Positions 1-13,200 of a stretch of 64,000 bases of DNA are shown here, piece by piece. Position 1 is the first letter of the stretch; each line of letters opens with the position of its first letter. Below the pieces are notes generated by a model, which had not been told where the DNA came from, made no database searches, and saw only the letters and a list, made by a program, of their open reading frames with translations. A program made the position numbers and the translations under genes. The stretch lies in the NCBI GenBank assembly GCA_964035545.1, contig OZ037767.1:13191801-13255800 (forward strand). The letters are read 5' to 3'. The DNA is from Bugula neritina (Eukaryota; Animalia; Bryozoa).

Positions 1-728
1 TGAGTAAGTCTGCCAAGTATATAATTTTTGAAATAATACCTTGAGTTGAAATTAATGATTTAAATGCAGTTTGAGTTTAGTTAATAATTAATTTAATAAT
101 GAGGATATTTTCACAACATATATGATATATTGATATTCAAATATTGAATTTGATGTTAACGTACCACTACCACAATAGAAAAATAATGCTTTTAAATGTA
201 ATTTTGATTTATTTTGTCAATTTCAGCATGAATATTGAGTGTTCTTGTTTGTTTTACACAACAGTTAGTATCATTGCTAGTTTTAACATTACTATCCAAC
301 AGTTATTGTAATAGCTTCCTCTGTCAGCATCAACATTGCAGTTAGCTCAATTACATTAGTTTCGTAAAGTTGCTTTGCTAATTTAGGCTATTGTAACACT
401 TCAACTTTCTCATTTACAAAATGCTCTTGCACCCTTTATCATTGATTCATCTTGCTTGTGTTCTTTTGCATTTTATGATTTCTAATCTCTGTAAGGAAAT
501 GTAATGCTATAACATATTACTGCCTAAAGCGAATAAAATGTATTAGTATAAGTAAATGTAAATGCTGTTCAGCTCCATTACAGTTGTGATGATACTGATA
601 ATGATAATCATCACAGCTGTAGTTATCATGTTCCTGATGATAATGATATGATATATTATATATAACATTGCGTTATTTCCTCTTACTTAATAATCCTTTG
701 AAAAATTACACTTGATTTACACTAGGCT

Positions 729-3700
729 ATGCTACGGAGAACTGGACATCAAACTCAGCAGGCTATGCAGCTGAAGAACAGGGAGATGGAAGAGGACCGC
801 TTAGCCTCAATAAAGAAGTTGGAGAGGGAGGCATTGGTGTCCCGTGTTCTTGAAGATGATGACAGACTTGAAGAGAAACGGCTAACAAAGAGACTGATGA
901 TGGAGCAGAGGGAGAGAGAGTTGGAAGATTCCATATTGAGAGTAGGTGGCTTAGCATCTACATGTGTCAAGTGTAGGTTATATGACTTGTGGTGAGAGAA
1001 TTTATGGCAGGGTTCTTTTCTGGTTATTCGTTCAATTTGATCGATTTTTCCAATAGTTCTAATACTTTCTTCTAGTAGTTCATTATTTTTTTCGATAAAA
1101 GATACAGTTTTTGAAAAATATGTGGCGTGTTTCAAATAGTTTTTACACGCACCTTCTTCTAATCACCATTTCAAGGTGTTGAACACACTCATGTCTGTAT
1201 TCAGGCGCAAAGAGACAGGCAAATCAGAGAGCAGCAAGCTGAGCAGGAAGAAAGATTAGCCACAGAACTTTCTAGATTGAAACACGAAGAAACACGGGAC
1301 GAGAAGATGAGGCAGCATATCAGAGAGACTAGTTTGGAGCTGAGAGAACTGGAGGCTAAACTGAAGGCTGGATACACGAACATGGAGAGACATGCACAGA
1401 TGGCTGAGAAAGAGGCTATTAAGTATGACCAGATGGTAAGTTCTACTTGGTTCTGTTATTAATAATGTATAAGGTAGATATACATACCAACAAAGTTATA
1501 TAAGTAGATTCTTAGAAAATATACCTAATTTAGCTGTTTTTCAATAAATAAGGTGTTCTGTTTATTTTATGTTTACTGTTTTGCTGTTATTATCGATAAG
1601 TGGTAGCAGTGGTGGTAACTCCTCTCCTGGGCAGTGTTGAAAGTAGCACTCAGTATTTTTCTGCTGGTGATTGATAACAGTTTTGGGGACCATGCACTTT
1701 GACTCATATTTTGCCTCAGCTGTTCTAGTTGATGGATGAACTGTCACAAGTTGTAGGTTTGTTATTGTGTAGGGACAGTATTTGTTGTTAATTCAACTGT
1801 GTGTATCATTTAGGCAAGAGATGCAGAAATAGCCAAGATGATGAAGGCGGAGTCAGAAAGAGCGAAAGAAGCAGACGTGATTAGAGAGAAAGAGCAGTAC
1901 CATGAGCGAGTGAGTGCACGTGATAACTTTTCAACTTTTAGAAACAGAAGTTAGAAATATAAGAAACGTTTTTGTGACAGATAAGATTTACTTTCAGTGA
2001 CTTTGAAACAACCTGCCTGACCAAGAGGTTAACTAGGAAAATCATCATATTCAAATGTTGTCTGGATTTATGTCATGTGATTGTATGTGTCTACATACTA
2101 GTATGTTCTATGTTGTCTAGTTTCACATCATCTAATTCTTTGTTGTGCTGTGGACGAGCATCTAGACTAGGCGTCTGAAATGTATTTTGTCTTCGTGTGT
2201 TTCAGGTGAGATACCAGCAACAGTTGGAGAGACAACTGGAGGAACAAGAGCTAAACAAGCAGAAGGCATACGAGGAGTTCTTGAAGGAGAAACTCATGAT
2301 TGATGAGATTGTCAGGAAGATTTACGAGGAAGATCTAAAGTGAGTTGTCGGCCGCTATACTCTCTGAGTTGTGTGCTCACTGTACTCTCTGAGTTGTATG
2401 CTCACTGTCCTCTCTGATTTATTTTTCTTGTCTATGGAATACCTAAAATTGACAGAGAAATAAACGAAGTCTAAAATAAACAACTAATGATATGGAAACA
2501 TATTATTTGGCATATGACAGAGGCTTGTTTTATTAATATGATTACACATTTTTGTTGTTGGAAGTTGATTGTATAATTGATTAATTCCTGCCTTCAATAA
2601 AAACATTTTCTTTCCTCTAGAGAGCGAGAGCTGCAGATGGAAAAAAGGCAGATGACTAGGAAATACATAGAAGAGTTCAAAACTGCGCAAGAGGAGTGGA
2701 AGAGGCGCGAGAAAGAGGCGATGGAAGAGGAGAACAGAAAGATTCTGGCCTTCGCCAACGTGCAGAAGGAGAGAGAAGAGGCACAGAAACAAGAGAAACA
2801 AGCTAGGTGGGTGGTCAAAATTCTTCTAACTATGAGTCACACGCTGCACTAGGAATTCTGTCCTCAATGCTGCAAGCAGTTAAACAGATGTAATTTCTCG
2901 ATGTAAGGTGTTCACATGGCGTTTTATAGGACATTGCATGCTAATTCATCACATATGGGCCAGTTGAGTACTGTGCAGTAACTATGTGTAAACTTTATAT
3001 ATAACACAAGAACTTTGTCTGATACTTCTAATGCTTTATTGTCTTAACTGTAAAACATCTAGCAATATTATAGCTTATCCAGGAGATCACTGGTTCTATA
3101 AAACTGTGACAGTGGTATTTATTTGTGTATGTTGATAAATGACGCAACTACTCTAAATAAGCATAAGCATAATAAGTGATTCACTAGCATAAAATTGTAT
3201 TCAAAAGCTGGCATCACAATAGTAAATATAAACATGTTTGCATATTAGCAAACACATATGATATTATAGTAAACACAACGATATATGTGATGTATTACAG
3301 GGAGGAGGCCCTGGCAAGAGTTCAAGAGGCGCTGGGCGAGGAGATCTACCGAGCTGAGAAAGAGAGAACCGAGATGGAGAGAGTGAGGGAGGAGTTGCAC
3401 TTGGAAGAGCAGGAAGAGGCTGCTAGACAAAAAGAAAAGGACGAATTTGGTCAGTTGACATTCGTTATTATAAAATAACTGTATAATGAAGTATTGAGTT
3501 ATAAAAATACTAATTTATGTATCTTATTTAATTCATCAATTTGATAAACTAATACTAGCCTTTTACTTAACTCTTCACGCTGATAACAGAAAGAGGTTTG
3601 TTTAAAAAAGTATTAGGGCGTTTGTAAACTGGCAGAGGATGTGTTTCCTTTAATGTTTTCTTATTCAACGTGAAAAATTTCTGTGAATCACCTAATTTTT

Positions 3701-5995
3701 ATCTAGTATTACTAACTACTATTACTAACTACTTTTCGCCAGTCATGTAACTACTAGTTACATGACTGGCGAAAAGTTGAGCTTTACCCAAGTCATAATA
3801 CTGTATTATCTTGTTGGCATGTCACTCCTTGAAATTGTCTTCTTTTTCTGCTTTTGCTTTTTTCATGTTTGGCTTGGTGCACATAATTAAAGTGTAGAAA
3901 TTTTAAAACTTTGGTTAGACCAATTTTGACTGTCGTGAAAAAGTTTAACTTTTATTCGAAAGCCATTTGAAACTTTGAAACCTCTCTAGTCGATATAAAT
4001 TCACGTGTGGATAACTTATTTCTGTACTCGGTAGTTTTTATAGTGACATTTTCAAAAAGTTCATTACGGCGTAAATCGTTACTTTGTGTGAAAACTGAGT
4101 AAATTTTATCATGGACTTGTCAATACATTGCTTTAAATGGATGATCTCTGATTGGCTATGTTATCTGTATTTCTCTTGTCTCTAGAGAGAAGAATAAGAG
4201 AGAGGTTGGAGCAACAAGCCGTATATGCACAGCAGATGCAGTTGAAGGCTCAGAGAGTTGCCGCAGAACGTGAAGAAGAGGAACAATTCCGACAAATGGT
4301 ATGACTCGCTTAGTTGGTGGAATGTGATTGGTTAGAAATTTATATAGATTGTCTAATTGGTGGATTCCATATTAGCATATATGTGGTTGGTTTGCTGGTG
4401 TGTCACTTGTTCAACCAAAGCAATATAGTTGATCTCATTCATCTGAAACTCTTTTGATTGGTTTACTGGTTTCATTTGATAGTTGTGATTGTTTAGTTTA
4501 AAAACAATGGATGTTATTGATATAAGTAGTAAATACATAACTGAGATAAAATGCAGTATTTTCAATCTATCTATTCGCAATCATCAATATTCAAAAATAT
4601 TATTCATATACATCTTGTTGGACTTCCGTCTCTGAAGGGTTGAAATATTATAATATAGTACTTACGTTTGTTTTTAAGTCTACCCCTGGGACAAACCCTG
4701 ATGGTGGGAATTTTTTAAACAGGCTAAGAACTTGTCTTCATTGCTTGAAAAGATCAATTATGCGCAAATGCTCTTCCTAACATCACCAATGGCCTCTACT
4801 TGGATCCAACCACTGACATCGTGTTTACTAAGTCAGTGCCCTAACTCTAACCCTAACCCTGCTCACCTATTTGCGTTATATATCATGTTATAAATATCAG
4901 GTTATGTAATATAGTTTAATTTTTTACTTTAATTTCATTTCTCAATAACGGTTTTCCACAATATGGATTGCAATTGGATTACAGCCTAGACCTAGCCTGA
5001 TGCCCTTCGTAATATTTATACTCATGTAGTATTATGTTTTAAATATCTATGCTGAGGTTATGAGAAATTAAATTGAGCAGCTAATCTCACTCACGTTTCC
5101 TGTTGGGAATGTTTTAGATGTTGGCCAAATTTGCCGAAGACGATAGAATCGAGCAAATGAATGCACAAAAGAGGCGAATGAAGCAGCTTGAACACAAGAG
5201 GGCAGTCGAACAACTGCTAGCCGACCGAAGAGCTCAATTTGAGGCTGAGCGGGAAAGAGAGATCGATGAGAAACGTGAAGCGGAGAAGATGGAGGCATTC
5301 AGACGTCAGCTGATTGAAGAAGAACGACAGAAACTGCTCAGGGAGCATGCTCAAAAACTTCTTGGATATTTACCGAAGGTATGCGTTGAGAAATGTAAAT
5401 GGCGTTATCTGTGAAGAGATAGAATTCTACATGTAGCTAGTTGATTTGTTGTAGCAAATACTGTTTGATATTTGAATTTGTATTAGACTGTTTTGGTATG
5501 TGCCACTGATGAGTCATCCTTTCTCTAGAGCAGCCATATTGCTTTCAGTTACATCTGATTCTATTGTTAATAATTGATTATATGTTTATTAAAGATTCTC
5601 CAGTTTTTGTTACAAAAATAGGTTGTTGAATCAGCAAAAATATATTATTTTCATATTAAACTTCGAAAACAGTTGTTCTAAAATAATAAATGCTTTAATT
5701 AAAGTGCCTGGCTGGAATTATCTTATTTTAGCATTCTATAATTTCCACTCACTTATCTGGACAATTCCAACTCTGTAAGAACTAAGAACATATTTTTGAG
5801 ATCCAGTTTTTGTATATTTCTCAGAGTTATCACCTCTACCTTTTTAGCTGGGTAAATTAAAGAAATCTAACTTTGTTTTAGGGAGTTATCCGCGATAGTC
5901 AAGATTTAGACATGCTTGGACCTGAGTTTAAAGAAGCATACAGAAAACGAGCTGTAGATCCTTTCGATGAACAAGGATGGGACGGCAAACACTGA
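729..5995 (+). CDS. MNS1: Meiosis-specific nuclear structural protein 1 (trichohyalin-plectin-homology coiled-coil axonemal protein), ~498 aa
   Basis: Phase-consistent GT-AG exons 729-941, 1205-1435, 1814-1909, 2206-2339, 2621-2806, 3301-3449, 4186-4298, 5118-5378, 5882-5995 (TGA). The translation contains MNS1 signature segments KHEETRDEKMRQHIRETSLELRELEAKLKAGY, EEFLKEKLMIDEIVRKIYEED, MLAKFAEDDRIEQMNAQKRRMKQLEHKRAVE and LLGYLPKGV. A donor at position 4 probably closes a 5'UTR exon. Confidence 0.95.
2340..2420. repeat. ~24-bp intronic minisatellite (ctctgagttgtRtgctcactgtact-like, ~3 copies) starting at a splice donor
   Basis: Repeated tgagttgt...ctctctgagttgt units directly after MNS1 exon 4. 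Confidence 0.6.
3731..3777. repeat. Perfect inverted repeat, 23-bp arms with 1-nt spacer
   Basis: acttttcgccagtcatgtaacta - c - tagttacatgactggcgaaaagt; the arms are exact reverse complements. Confidence 0.95.
4665..4850 (-). mobile_element. tRNA-derived SINE, diverged copy
   Basis: Reverse complement of the family core (atgctcttcctaacatcaccaatgg; aaaccctgatgg) shared with the copies at 7326 and 30243. Confidence 0.75.
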
Positions 5996-6701
5996 GCTCT
6001 CAACAACTTTGTGAATACCTCAGGCTAATAAACTCAGACTACAACTTAACAAAGCGAATGACTCATGCCATTGTTTTAGCTGGAAAACCATTCAGAATAT
6101 GAAATATTTTTTTGGTGAACTGGTTGTAGTTTGTAAATAGTTATTTCACTGCTCATTTCATCAGACTTTCTGCTATTCAAATGTGTATAAAAGTGGTATT
6201 ACATTGGGACATCGGCTAGCTTCACCAATGAGCCAGCATCCTGTTTTGCCTAATGTGATGTATATACACCCATTTTATTGTGAAATAATGTTTCTGATTG
6301 CCATCTCAACACTAATTGTGAAACAATTCTGAAATCGGTCGTTTAGTAGGAATTTCTCTATTATTTTCAAGTCTGCCATATAAATGTGTCATTCCGTCCA
6401 TCTTTTAACCCTTAGCATTTCATCATATTAAACCAAGTTTCTAATGTGTAATTAAAAAGAGGAAATACAGCATTCAATTGGAATTATCTGCTCTATATTT
6501 TATTTGTGCACTATATACTGGACTGGTGTAATTTAGAACCACTACAAGCTTATGATAAATTCAAATATTATGCCCTAATAAATCTATTTTTCTTGTCTAT
6601 TGCTCCTTTAAGCTACCAGATAAACAGCTACGCATGCTGGAACAACCATAATATTATTCTTATATCAATTGAGGAGCCATAATACAAACTTATCAGTAAA
6701 C

Positions 6702-6910
6702 AGGGTAGCAGCAGACATATAGGAGTGTTTGGCTTTTTAAACACCAAGTTATGGGTTCAAGCCTTGACAAATACCATTGGTGATGTTAGGGAGAGTATCC
6801 AGTGATAATTGCTTCTGTGTCACATATGAATAAGTTCTAAACCAGCTTTAAAAAAAAACTTTTTCCAACAGGGGTTCTCACAGGGATAGTGACTATAAAC
6901 TTGAGTGAGT
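6702..6910 (+). mobile_element. tRNA-derived SINE copy
   Basis: B-box-like gggttcaagcc, core ccattggtgatgttagggagagtatccag, tail cagggatagtgactataaacttgagtgagt. Confidence 0.8.
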
Positions 6911-7325
6911 AAATTAGGTCCAAGTGCCACATGTTCAATATTAAGTTAAGCTGCTTGTGTGACTGCAATGGAAAAGTCTTATAGGTGCAGCTGTATTTTC
7001 AACTGGGAAGGTTTAGTAAACACACTTTTGTAAATATTGCACATCTGGTTATGTTGACATAGAGTAAGCTATAAATATAGATAACCCAGAACAAAGTACA
7101 TTGACATTTAATCACCACGATGTCTTATGTAATTATAGGTAAACATATATACATAGTTACCTTATCTCTACATTATAATTACATAGTTATCTTGCAGGTC
7201 AAGTTTTAAGCATACAAAGCAAACTTCAAAATCTTTTATCTAAGTTTCAAACCAAAATGACACACACTTGTTCCTTGTCATACAGAATAAGGAATTTGAA
7301 TGCAGCTAGTGAAATATGGTCATGT

Positions 7326-7560
7326 GGTCTAGGGGTTAGAGCTTTTGCCTAGTAAGCACACAGTCATCACTCATCATGGGTTCGAGCCCTGACAAATGCC
7401 ATTGGTGCACCAATGATGTTAGGAAGAGCATTTGAACATAATTGCTCCTGAGCCACATCTCAATTTAAGTCCTTAGCCCTGTTTAACCAAAACCCCTTCC
7501 ATCAGGGGTTTCTCACAGGGATAGTGACTATATAAACTTTCGTGAGTGAGCTTTGTTAAC
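7326..7560 (+). mobile_element. tRNA-derived SINE copy with 12-bp target-site duplication
   Basis: A-box tggtctagggg (overlapping the left TSD end), B-box ggttcgagccc and the same core and tail. Direct repeat atatggtcatgt at 7314-7325 and 7564-7575. Confidence 0.85.
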
Positions 7561-10208
7561 GAGATATGGTCATGTAATCTCTATAAAAGTTTTATATTTA
7601 TAATATTGCTCAAGGTTTTAAAGTAAACAAAGAATATTCATATGTGTATGTAGAAACACTTTTTTAAATAGCTTCAGTTCTAGCAGTACATGCACAGTGT
7701 ATAAAAGAATAATTAGGTTTTGAAGCAATAACTAATTTCTGCAGGCTAAAAAATCTGCTAGCCTAAATTGCAACTACCTTGTCAACACAATGGGGGTTTA
7801 TCTGATCCCTCACTGCTGTAAATGTTCCCCTGTTATAGGTATATAGGCATAGTTATTTCTGGATTTTGGTGAGAGTATATAGATGTCAGTCTTGAATCAT
7901 AAGGATATAGACCTAGGATCCACTCATGCACATCACTTTCTAGAGCACAGCTGGCTCTTTCCCCTAATGCTCCATGAGACTGAATGATCATGTGCCACAT
8001 TTGCATATGTCTGCTTGTTTGCTGATAGTTAGTTTTATTCACCACAGTATTTTAAAGGTACAATAAAAGAAGATGCGGAGGGGGGGGAATTTTGTGTTTC
8101 AGATGAAATATTAGTTTAAACGGGATGCTGCTCCAGCACCTGAACCAAACTCATAACAATAATTAAAGAACTGGTGGTTGTGGTGGTGGTAAACAGATAT
8201 CTTGCCACATTGCTATAATTCTAATTCATGTACCAATTTTTGAGCTACATCTTAGTACTATGTAGCAGCACACACACGCACACACCTCTGGGCAATGTGT
8301 GTTATTCAAGTACTGTAAGTACTGGATACAAGTTCAGCAAAGGTAACTGTCAGTTCCAACTGCAGGCCAGTCGGGCTTATACTTGCAAATATAAGTTTAT
8401 TCATACCACTCCTTACAGGCAATAATGCACTTGCTGGGTGCATGAACACCTCTGCAGTGCTAAATAAAGGTGTGTTCGTTTTGCGCGACATGATTCGTCC
8501 TTTATAAAATTAGGACATTTGTCGGTTGACATTAATTTAAGCTCCTCCTATTTCCTAGCCCGTGTCTCCTTGCATTTTTTTGAGCCCGTTGCAAATTTGC
8601 AAGTTGTTTTATATAAAACTGAAGAGCAACATTTTATACTTAGGTTACTTCTCTGAGTAAGTTGTTGTTTCAGCATGGCCATGGTAATCATGTTGAAGCT
8701 GCACTTGTTAGCATTTAGTATTTTAATACATCAAGTTCAACAAGCCATATAGGAGTGCGTTGTAGTCACCAAGCTCTATATATTTTATATTTATTCTCAG
8801 AAGTAATTGCTATATTGCTACACTATATGAATATCTAAGTTAATATAACTATCAATATTCAATATGAATGTCAATATGACACTGACAGGAGTTGATGTTA
8901 AACTTAAAGTTAATGTTAATGTAAATGTTATACTAATACTTATAGTTATTGTTTTCAGTTTTGACTACAAGTACAACTGCAAGGTTTTCCAAACGGTTAC
9001 ACCAATAGTATAACTATAGTAATATAACTATAGGTATTAGTCATTATTGCTTCATTTTAATTTAGTAATTGATATATTTATAGTTACAGTATTACTTGGA
9101 GTTATAATTATAATAATCGTTATACTTAAGCTTAGGCTATACTTATAGTTATTCCCTATAAGTTATTGGCTATTGCTGTTGGCGTTGCTATTGGCTTTTA
9201 GTTTGAGTAAACTATTCTTAACCTTTTTTTATTTTTGGCTTTGCTCATTAGTACCACTATGACTCCGACTACCACTATCACTATGACTATGGCTATCAGC
9301 ACCACTATCACTATGAGTATGACATTGACTCAAAGTGATTGACCATCATTACTATTAATTTAACTTTCATGATTCATCAGTTACCATATTAATATTCATT
9401 TCACAGTGATGATGATTATTATAATATTAAATTTTATAGTAATTATGGTAGTGATTATGACTATGCATTTGAGTTTGTGGTTTAATTTTTGTAGTGATAA
9501 AATTTGAAAATGGTCATTTATTTTTCTTTCTAATAGTTATAACTCATATAATTATATAATGCTAATAGTAATAGTAATACCAATAGACATAGTTAACGTA
9601 ATAGGCAATTGATAATCATAATCACTTTATCATAATGTCTAATGATGATGTTCTGAGGTTAGCTGTTGTTGTTTTAAAACATTAGCTCAACCTTTCAGTT
9701 GATCACACAAGTAGGCTTTAGTAACAGACAACAGTAGAAGGTGAACAATGAATACAATTGATTAAAAAATAGTTTTGCACTTTTTCAATCTGTAAGTGTT
9801 TTTTTTTCTCTCACTCATTCTATGTTTAGCAAATCAGTATTAGTATGATTTATTGCCATAGTTTTGGTGTTGAATTCTACCCCTGGCTTGGACTCGCAGA
9901 GCTTTCAAAGTTGCACTGGCTCAATTAGGAATTGAATCTCCGATTCTGATTGAAATTTAAACTTACGTTTTCATGCTTTGCATATTTAAACCAATGTAAA
10001 AATCTGAATTTCCTCCTGTTATACCCACAGCACTTTGAAAGTTCAGTTCCCGTTGCATACAGATGATTTTGTTCCCTTAACATACATAAGTTATTTTATA
10101 TTCATTAGTAAGTCAATAGTGACACAATTCAATTTCAACTTTTATTTTAAAACTTACTATTTTTACTATTAATAGCAATTTTCATTGTGTATATAAAGAC
10201 TAAGAATT

Positions 10209-13200
10209 ATGATGAAGCAGTTTTCATTACTAAGAAGGTTAACAAACCCCATCCAATCCAATGCTAGGAAAATAACAACATACCACAGCACTAACAATCC
10301 TCATCCTCTCCATTTAGCTGAAAAGGACAATATCGGGATAGTTGGCCTTCCATTAAATAAGGGACAGGTATGATATTTATTATGTATAATGTTCTAGGAC
10401 TATATGGTATTATAATTATAGGCTATGTTTTTTCTCAAAGTCCATTTCAATGTAGTAATTATTATAAAATATTGTGTGAACAGCTGCAATGAATTAAATT
10501 GCAAATTGTTATTCAGCATTATGTAATGTAATTATATTACATTTCAGTCATTTTTAATTATAGTTAGATTTAGTGGAAATGGGCTGAGAAATTGTTCAAG
10601 TTGTTGTATTTGTGGCTTATTTCCACGTCTTATTGTATTCAAAAGCTTTGAGCTATTTTTAAAAAACTGAGCCAGAATTGTTTTCCCCAAGGTAGTAAAT
10701 TTTTCTATTGTACACAAAGACATCGGTGGAAGTTTGACAACTCCAAATTTTTTAGCTGTGTTTTTCAAGCTGGGGGTTAATAAAAATGTACTGGTTTGGT
10801 TTCTAGTAGCTTTGAAATTTCAATCTTTTGGGAAGTCACAATCAGTTGCTTGCAATATTTGAGTTTATCTCGCATATTGCAAGCAAATTACTACCCAATA
10901 GTTTGCATTCACGTGCTAACTGAGCAAGCTATAGCCATGACATGCTTTATAGTTTATCATTTAGGAGCAGTAGTGGAGAAATTGAGAAAGCCCAAGTTCA
11001 TCAATTTTATTGTAAAATTGTGGTTTGGGCGTGGGTTAAAATTATTGCGAGAAGATAACTCCTTTTGCTACATTTCTAATCCAGAACACAGGCTTTTCTC
11101 GTTTTCTCCATAACTGCACCCACCTCTGCTTTATACCCTCGTGTATATTAACTATGGTCTTATGTCAACCGTATCTTGTAGCCAAGGGAAGGTGTGAATG
11201 CTGGCCCGTCGATCATTAGAGGCCAAGGGCTAATAAACTCAGTGGAGGCCTTAGGCTACCATGTCAAGGACTATGGAGATATGAAGTTTAGTAGTCTGGA
11301 ATTCGATACGATAGGCTCTGGTGTTAAGAATCCCAGAACCATTGGCAAGGCCATGGGAGAGGTTGGTGTGGCTAATTAGAATATGTTTTCTTGATTGAAA
11401 TAGTTTAATTCATGGGTCATTTTACTTGATTTAGTACACACAGCTATTTTTCACAGTTTATCTGCTATTTTTTATGTTTTTTGCTTTAAAATAATAACAT
11501 ATTAACAAATCCAATTAAACAATCAAGGTTCTTTCTAATTTTGCTCAATTTCCTATGTTTTTTCCTAATTTTTAGTAAATAAGATTTTTGGACCGTGATG
11601 GAAAAACCATCATGGCTTGTACATTTCTCTATATATCTATTTAGCTCATATGACAATGATGTTTCGCTTTAATATTACAAAACCCACTCCCAGCTTTTTC
11701 TGTTATGCATAGTTAGAATCGGCACATGAACTTACCTCAAACAGTAACTTTTCATGAATTTTGAGCAAACTTCAAGTTTTGGTCCTAACTTGCTGGTGTG
11801 TACTAAATAAAGTAAAATGGCCATCAATAGGGCTGCGTCTACCACTTAGAAGAAAAGTAGGTCTTGTAATAATTTCCATTTCAAACACTATTCAAACAGA
11901 CCAAAACTTTGAATAAAAAGTACACCAAGACTTGTTCTGTTTAGTTAGTTTGTGGGAAATGAAAATTACCACAACCTTCTTAAAAGTGGTAGTAAAAATT
12001 CTTCGGGTTTACCAGCACTGTAATTTAAAGAGGGAAGTTTAAAGGAGAGCCCATAGTATGTACTTGACAATCTGGTTAAGGGATAACCACAAATGAGAAT
12101 GCGTATAATTCATGGCATTAATACTCATAAATATCTTACTTTTGAGCAGTTTCAGTTGAACTGATTACCATTACTCAGGGAGTCAAAGGTGCAACTTTCA
12201 TTACTCTGGTTGTACTAACAGCTGCTTGTTTACTGTTACTATTAGTTTCCTAAGTAAAAAGTTTACCATTTACTTCACTCTCACTAATAACTATAGTCAC
12301 TCAGTATCACTAACAACTAATCTCACTAATAACTATAGTCACTCAGTTGCACTAATAGTTGAATACTGTCACTATTCCCTGGTTACTGAGCACTGCAGCT
12401 CACCAGGTTCTAATAATTGTTAGTTATTCATTTCAACTGCCAAGTGACTGCTTCACTTTCACTAATAATTCCTGCTATCTTGTTATAAATTATTTATGTT
12501 GTTTTCAACTGCCAAGTGATTGTTTCCCTCTCTGATAATTTCTGGTTCCTTGTTATTGACTGTGCTGGAGGTAGATTATTATGATGCTATTATGGTAATT
12601 GTGAATCATCATTCAATTTCCAAGGGTAGTGTTTATTTAAAGTGCAGTGTGAGTTAGTATCTGGTAAACATGTGAATAACAGCTAAAAGTATTTGCCTTC
12701 TCATGTCCAGGTCAATAATACATGTTAAACTAGTTCTAATCTGTTCAACTGGCTAGAAAGTTGTTGGGGCTTCAATTCTTCATATGATTTTCAGTTTTAA
12801 ATTTCACGGTTGAGTGACTATTAGACTCTAAGAATTTCATTGGTAGCTTTGTTATTTTGAATGTGATAATATATATAATTTTATACGACACATGTATTTA
12901 AGTATGGTAATGTTACACATGTATCTAGATATAGCACTGTTGTTACACATGTATGTAGTTACAGTATTGTTGTTACACATGTAGATATCTACAATGGTCC
13001 GTGGTGTGGTGGAAGGAGACGGAGTGTGTGTAGCTCTTGGTGGAGACCACAGCATTGCCTTGGGTGTGTAGAGTTCAGTATACTCTTTGTAATATCAGTA
13101 TACTCTTTGTAATATCAGTATTTTACTTGTATTACTAGTTTACTGCTTGTAATGGGTGATCATTGAATGATAATTTGTACATCGAAAAATCACAATTTCT

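Noticed and set aside
4839-4860. CCCTAA telomeric repeats
   Set aside because: Only ~3 imperfect units, overlapping the 5' end of a SINE copy; not an interstitial telomere array.
7833-10768. Short (60-75 aa) ORFs between MNS1 and arginase, and similar ones in introns throughout the window
   Set aside because: No splice-consistent chain, no recognisable motifs, and lengths expected by chance in AT-rich DNA.
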